Assembly: GCA_026993075.1 (NCBI GenBank)
Contig: JALWUQ010000034.1
Location: 275-64,274, forward strand
DNA from: Campylobacteraceae bacterium
Lineage (GTDB): Bacteria; Campylobacterota; Campylobacteria; Campylobacterales; JALSKU01
Length of the DNA stretch: 64,000 bases
Direction of reading: 5' to 3'
Shown: positions 59,996 through 64,000 of the stretch, piece after piece
Layout of the letters: every line of letters starts with the position of its first letter
Numbering within the stretch: the first letter of the stretch is position 1
Position numbers and translations under genes: made by a program
Notes under the pieces: generated by a model
The model's input: only the letters and a program-made list of their open reading frames with translations
The model's database searches: none
Told to the model about the DNA's origin: nothing

Positions 59996-60683
59996 TATAT
60001 TAGAAGATATTATAAGCAGAGTTGACTGGGATAAGAGTTCTCTTATCCCAGCAATCGTACAAGATTATAACAGTGGTAAAGTTTTAATGCTTGCTTATAT
60101 GGATAAAGTGGCGTTGGAGCTGACTTTAAAAAACAAAGTAGCCTATTACTTTTCAAGAAGCAAACAAAGAATCTGGAAAAAGGGCGAGAGTAGCGGCAAT
60201 ATACAAAAAGTAAAAGATTTATTTATAGATTGTGATAATGATACTATACTTTTAAAAGTTGAACAAATTGGTGGTGCATCTTGCCACACAGGAAGAGAGA
60301 GTTGTTTTTTTACAAAGCTTGAAAGTGGTGATATTATTTCAAAACCTATCGAAAACAGTACAGATAATTACGGTATAATTGATAAGTTATATCATATCTT
60401 GCTTGAAAGAAAAAAGGCTGACCCCAATCAATCCTATGTTGCATCTTTATATAAAAAAGGTGAAAATACTATACTTAAAAAAGTTGTAGAAGAAGCAGGA
60501 GAATTTTGCTTTGCCGTAAAAGACAAAGATGAAAAAGAGATTATATATGAAGCTGCGGATTTAACATTTCATTCACTTGTAGCACTTGCATATAAAAATA
60601 TTAATCCAGACAGAGTAAAAAATGAATTATCAAGAAGATTTGGCTTGAGTGGGATAGAAGAAAAAAATAATAGAAAAAAATAG
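59985..60683 (+). CDS. hisIE: bifunctional phosphoribosyl-AMP cyclohydrolase / phosphoribosyl-ATP pyrophosphatase
   Basis: 232 aa, TTG start. HisI part (..DCDNDTILLKVEQIGGASCHTGRESCFF), HisE part (..EEAGEF..EAADLTFH). Confidence 0.88.
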   Translation: MENNILEDIISRVDWDKSSLIPAIVQDYNSGKVLMLAYMDKVALELTLKNKVAYYFSRSKQRIWKKGESSGNIQKVKDLFIDCDNDTILLKVEQIGGASCHTGRESCFFTKLESGDIISKPIENSTDNYGIIDKLYHILLERKKADPNQSYVASLYKKGENTILKKVVEEAGEFCFAVKDKDEKEIIYEAADLTFHSLVALAYKNINPDRVKNELSRRFGLSGIEEKNNRKK

Positions 60684-60700
60684 AAAAAATAGGAATTATA

Positions 60701-61216
60701 TTGGAATATATAAAATTATATCTGCAAAATTTAACAATTTATGATTATGTGGGTTTGATTTGGCTTGTTTTGGTCTTTTTTCTTTTGTTAGTATTTGGAT
60801 TTTATTTTTTAAAGTCTAAGCCGATATTCTCACTACTTAGCATTTTATTTTCATTTATATTTTTAATTGTTGGATTTTTTGGTATAAAATATTTTCTTGA
60901 TACTACTATAAGAAAAAGTGTAGTGCATATAAGTAAGATAAAAATATTACACTACTCAAACTCCTTGATCATTGAAGCTAATATAACCAATAAAGGTAAA
61001 ATACCTTTTAAAGAGTGTATTATCACTATAAAAACCATAAAGCACTCATCAAATAAAATAAAAGATTTTATTGCTTCATTAAAACCTGTAAGAAAAGAGT
61101 CGATATTGTTTAAAAGACAAATTCTTGAAAACAGGAGTTATAAGTTTAAAACAATGATAGACAATATAGTATATCAAAAAGATTTTAACACAACCGCACA
61201 AAGCATGTGCTACTAA
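60701..61216 (+). CDS. hypothetical small membrane protein (2 TM + ~100-aa C-terminal domain)
   Basis: 171 aa, TTG start with AGGAA RBS. Same architecture as the next ORF. Possibly DUF2393-like (from memory, unverified). Confidence 0.5.
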   Translation: MEYIKLYLQNLTIYDYVGLIWLVLVFFLLLVFGFYFLKSKPIFSLLSILFSFIFLIVGFFGIKYFLDTTIRKSVVHISKIKILHYSNSLIIEANITNKGKIPFKECIITIKTIKHSSNKIKDFIASLKPVRKESILFKRQILENRSYKFKTMIDNIVYQKDFNTTAQSMCY

Positions 61217-61227
61217 TAAGGCTTATT

Positions 61228-61767
61228 ATGACTCATTTTACTATATTGCACTGGATAACACTTATCGTGTTTTTACTGATTTTTATACTGTTAGTTATTG
61301 TATCAAAAAAAGAAACAAATCCAAAAATATTTTGGTCAATGGTGTTTTCATCATTTTTGGTAACTAGTCTGCTTGCAGTATTTTCAATGTTTGTATTGGA
61401 TAAATATACGAAAAAAGCAAAACTGCTTTATATTACCCATAAAAGAGTTTTACTAAATGAAACTATTATGTTTTTCGGAAAAGTACAAAATATCGGAAGA
61501 TTTGAGATTGGACATTGTGAATTAAAGGTAAAAATGGTAAATAATGCTTTAAATATCAATGATCTCTCTGGATCAACATTTTATGCACCAAGATCAGGCA
61601 TAAAAGCACTGTTTTCAAGTAAAAGTAAAAATCCTTCAACAGTAATAAAATACTTCACTGTAGCTAAAAACTTTCAGCCAGGAACGATAAAAAGTTTTGG
61701 TCTTACTATGCCTTATCCTCCATATTTTCAAAAGGCAAGAATTATGTACAAACTATACTGCCACTAA
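61228..61767 (+). CDS. hypothetical small membrane protein, architectural paralogue of the preceding ORF
   Basis: 179 aa from the ATG at 61228 (the ORF track offers a GTG at 61207). It has 2 TM segments, then a beta-rich domain (..FFGKVQNIGRFEIGHCELKV.., compare ..IEANITNKGKIPFKECIITI.. in the neighbour). Confidence 0.5.
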   Translation: MTHFTILHWITLIVFLLIFILLVIVSKKETNPKIFWSMVFSSFLVTSLLAVFSMFVLDKYTKKAKLLYITHKRVLLNETIMFFGKVQNIGRFEIGHCELKVKMVNNALNINDLSGSTFYAPRSGIKALFSSKSKNPSTVIKYFTVAKNFQPGTIKSFGLTMPYPPYFQKARIMYKLYCH

Positions 61768-61770
61768 TTT

Positions 61771-63114
61771 TTAATGTATAAAATAATCTCCGTCAAAACT
61801 GACAAGTGAATAGTTTCTATCTTTTCCGATAGCATTTTTAAGAGCTTCTATACTTAAAAATGTCAAACTATCAGATTCCATATACTCTCTAATCTCTTCT
61901 TTTGATTTGTTGGCACTTAACAACTCTTTAAAGCTAGGAGTATCAATACCATATTTGCAAGGATATTTAATCTCAGGAGCGGCAATCATCATATGAACTT
62001 CTGATGCTCCAGCTTCTTTAAGCATTTTTACTATCTGTTTTGAAGTAGTTCCTCTTACTAAAGAATCATCCATTACTATGATTCTTTTCCCTTTTATTTT
62101 CTCTTTTATGGGAGAGAGTTTAAGTTTTACTTTCAAATCTCTCATCTCTTGAGTAGGCTCGATGAATGTTCTTCCTATATAATGGTTTCTAACTATTCCA
62201 AGCTCAAATGCTATACCGCTCTCTTTAGCATATCCCAAAGCAGAAGCAACTCCACTATCTGGAACAGGTATGACCATATCAGCTTCAATATGTTTTGACT
62301 CCTTAGCCAAAGCCCGACCTATCCTTCCTCTAACTTCATATACACTTTTACCGTCAATCACACTATCAGGTCTTGAAAAATAGATATATTCAAACGCACA
62401 AGGTCTGTAGTCGCTTTCAAAAAGCTGTATTGACTCCAGAATATCGCTATTGTCTTTGTCAAAAATAAGCATTTCTCCCGGTCTTATATCTCTTATAAAT
62501 TGCGCCTTTACAAGATCAAAAGCACATGTTTCACTTGCAACTATATATCCGCCATCCTCAATCTTACCTAAAGACAAAGGTCTGACTCCATATTTATCTC
62601 TTATTATAAATATTTTACTTCTGCTTTGTATGATAAAGCAGTAAGCTCCTTTTATCTTATTTAAAGCTTCTATAATCCTATCTTTTAAATGCTTTTTTTT
62701 ACTTCTTGCTATCAAGTGAACAACATTTTCAGTATCCATTGATGTTGCAAATATAGCACCCTCTTTTATAAGCTCATCTCTAATCTCTTTTTTATTTATC
62801 AAGTTACCATTATGAACAATAGAAATCTCTCCGAGTGCATATCTGGCAAATATCGGTTGTGCGTCAAGTATAGAATCATGCCCGGCTGTAGAGTATCTAT
62901 TATGACCGATTGCCATACTGCCTTTTAGTGTTTTAAACGAATCATTATCAAAAACTTCAGTCACTAAACCTCTGCTTTTGATAGTTTTTATATGTTTATT
63001 GTCACTACAACTTATACCTGTTGCTTCTTGACCTCTATGCTGCATTGCAAAAAGAGCATAATATGCTATTTTTGATGCATTTTTATTTCCAAAGACTCCA
63101 ACTATTGCACACAT
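61771..63114 (-). CDS. purF: amidophosphoribosyltransferase
   Basis: 447 aa. N-terminal MCAIVGV (Ntn Cys), PRPP-binding VMDDSLVRGTT. Confidence 0.93.
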   Translation of the reverse strand: MCAIVGVFGNKNASKIAYYALFAMQHRGQEATGISCSDNKHIKTIKSRGLVTEVFDNDSFKTLKGSMAIGHNRYSTAGHDSILDAQPIFARYALGEISIVHNGNLINKKEIRDELIKEGAIFATSMDTENVVHLIARSKKKHLKDRIIEALNKIKGAYCFIIQSRSKIFIIRDKYGVRPLSLGKIEDGGYIVASETCAFDLVKAQFIRDIRPGEMLIFDKDNSDILESIQLFESDYRPCAFEYIYFSRPDSVIDGKSVYEVRGRIGRALAKESKHIEADMVIPVPDSGVASALGYAKESGIAFELGIVRNHYIGRTFIEPTQEMRDLKVKLKLSPIKEKIKGKRIIVMDDSLVRGTTSKQIVKMLKEAGASEVHMMIAAPEIKYPCKYGIDTPSFKELLSANKSKEEIREYMESDSLTFLSIEALKNAIGKDRNYSLVSFDGDYFIH

Positions 63115-63180
63115 ACAACTTTACTCCATAAAATTTAGTGTCAAGTATCAAATTTTAATAATATTTTCACTTTTCACTTT

Positions 63181-63951
63181 TTATAATCCCAAACAATCGT
63201 TAATACCATAAAGTTCGGGTTCTTTTTTTGCTATCCATTTTGCTGCTCTAATAGCCCCTTTTGCAAAAGTATCACGACTAGTTGCTGTATGATTTAACTC
63301 TACAAACTCACCATCATTGTAAAATCCGACAGTATGTCTTCCTACTACATCGCCACCTCTTAGTGCCATTATCGCTATTTCGTCTTTACTTCTTTCTCCA
63401 ATATTGCCATTTCTCCCACTTACTCTAACTTCATCAAGAATCAAACCTCTCACGCTTGCTGCACTTTCGCCTAAACTCAAAGCTGTTCCGCTTGGAGCAT
63501 CTTTTTTATATCTATGGTGTTGCTCAACTATCTCTATATCAAAATCACTTAAAGTCGATGATGCTATTTGAACAAGCTTGTTCAATACAGCAACGCCCAA
63601 AGACATATTTGTAGAATACAAAATGGGTACTTTTTTGCTAACTTCTTTCATCAAGTTATGTTGATGTATGCTCAGACCTGTAGTCCCAATAACAAGTGGC
63701 TTTGCACATTCATTTAATGCTGTCTCTAAAAGAGTTTGAGTTCCAGCAGGTAAAGTGAAGTCTATAACTACATCAGAATTATCTAAAAGAGTTTTTACAT
63801 CATTTGTCACAAGTACATCTTTTGGTACAGTAAATGTAAATTCTTCGATAGCATGGAGTACTGAGATAGTAAGCTCTTTATCATTCTTTAAATTTTCTAT
63901 CAAAAGTTTGCCAACTCTTCCTGTTGATCCGTGAATTCCTATTTTTATCAT
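63181..63951 (-). CDS. dapB: 4-hydroxy-tetrahydrodipicolinate reductase
   Basis: 256 aa. The N-terminus reads [11 protein letters not shown], and the [15 protein letters not shown] motif is present. Confidence 0.9.
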   Translation of the reverse strand: MIKIGIHGSTGRVGKLLIENLKNDKELTISVLHAIEEFTFTVPKDVLVTNDVKTLLDNSDVVIDFTLPAGTQTLLETALNECAKPLVIGTTGLSIHQHNLMKEVSKKVPILYSTNMSLGVAVLNKLVQIASSTLSDFDIEIVEQHHRYKKDAPSGTALSLGESAASVRGLILDEVRVSGRNGNIGERSKDEIAIMALRGGDVVGRHTVGFYNDGEFVELNHTATSRDTFAKGAIRAAKWIAKKEPELYGINDCLGL

Positions 63952-64000
63952 CTTAAGCCTTTAACTCATTAATGTATGATATTATATTGATAGCTGCCGT

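Noticed and set aside
1-64000. Search for CRISPR arrays, prophage or integrase genes, IS transposases, restriction-modification, toxin-antitoxin or other defence islands.
   Set aside because: I saw no regularly spaced direct repeats, no integrase, transposase, reverse-transcriptase or nuclease-like ORFs, and no block of atypical composition. Every ORF longer than about 130 aa on the coding strand has a housekeeping, motility or envelope assignment, or is a small membrane protein.
63953-64000. Open minus-strand frame (..[15 protein letters not shown]-stop) ending 1 nt before the dapB start, possibly the 3' end of an upstream gene.
   Set aside because: Only 15 codons are visible. That is too little to call a CDS or a product.

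Overview
This is an AT-rich (about 30% G+C by eye), very gene-dense chromosomal core segment. The gene content and order point to Campylobacterota (epsilonproteobacterial type). I call about 68 CDS, two divergent tRNA-Arg genes and rpmF, which is missing from the ORF track.

Gene blocks, left to right:
- A PAS-GGDEF-EAL gene truncated by the window edge, then hemH.
- flgB-flgC-fliE-PBP2 behind a textbook sigma54 promoter.
- SEDS(ftsW)-murG.
- A complete Bat/MoxR aerotolerance-type operon (moxR-DUF58-DUF4381-batA-batB/C-batD).
- fabH-plsX-rpmF, ndk, fdxA, metK, ahpC.
- A long minus-strand run lysA-pheA-hisC-fliF-fliG-fliH-dxs.
- lptF/G-like, pth, rplY, an orphan pilT-like ATPase, tal, serB, a metF-like gene.
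- cheV-cheA-cheW, then lpxH-like, argC, greA, lpxB, surE.
- A tcdA / membrane protein / short TsaC-like trio, then carB.
- mreBC, clpX, lpxA, fabZ, queH (DUF208), bcp, a dCache-GGDEF-EAL gene.
- ilvE, an SPFH protein, hisIE, two tandem small membrane proteins, purF, dapB.

From memory, the gene order resembles Campylobacter/Helicobacter synteny; this needs checking.

I found no CRISPR array, prophage, IS transposase, defence island or convincing novel multi-gene system. The window looks like ordinary core genome.

The most unusual signals are non-coding:
1. A small family of nested inverted-repeat elements shares the terminus ACTGACCTTAYGCA at three loci. One has perfect 31-nt terminal repeats and two face-to-face TGGTATAAT boxes. 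Two copies donate the last codons and stop codon of a neighbouring gene (mreC, lpxH-like).
2. A 163-bp MITE-like element is flanked by a 9-bp direct duplication.
3. A perfect 47-nt palindrome lies in the serB/metF-like divergent region.

Lower-interest protein-level oddities are listed as findings. All calls rest on reading the sequence and ORF translations; no database search was possible.
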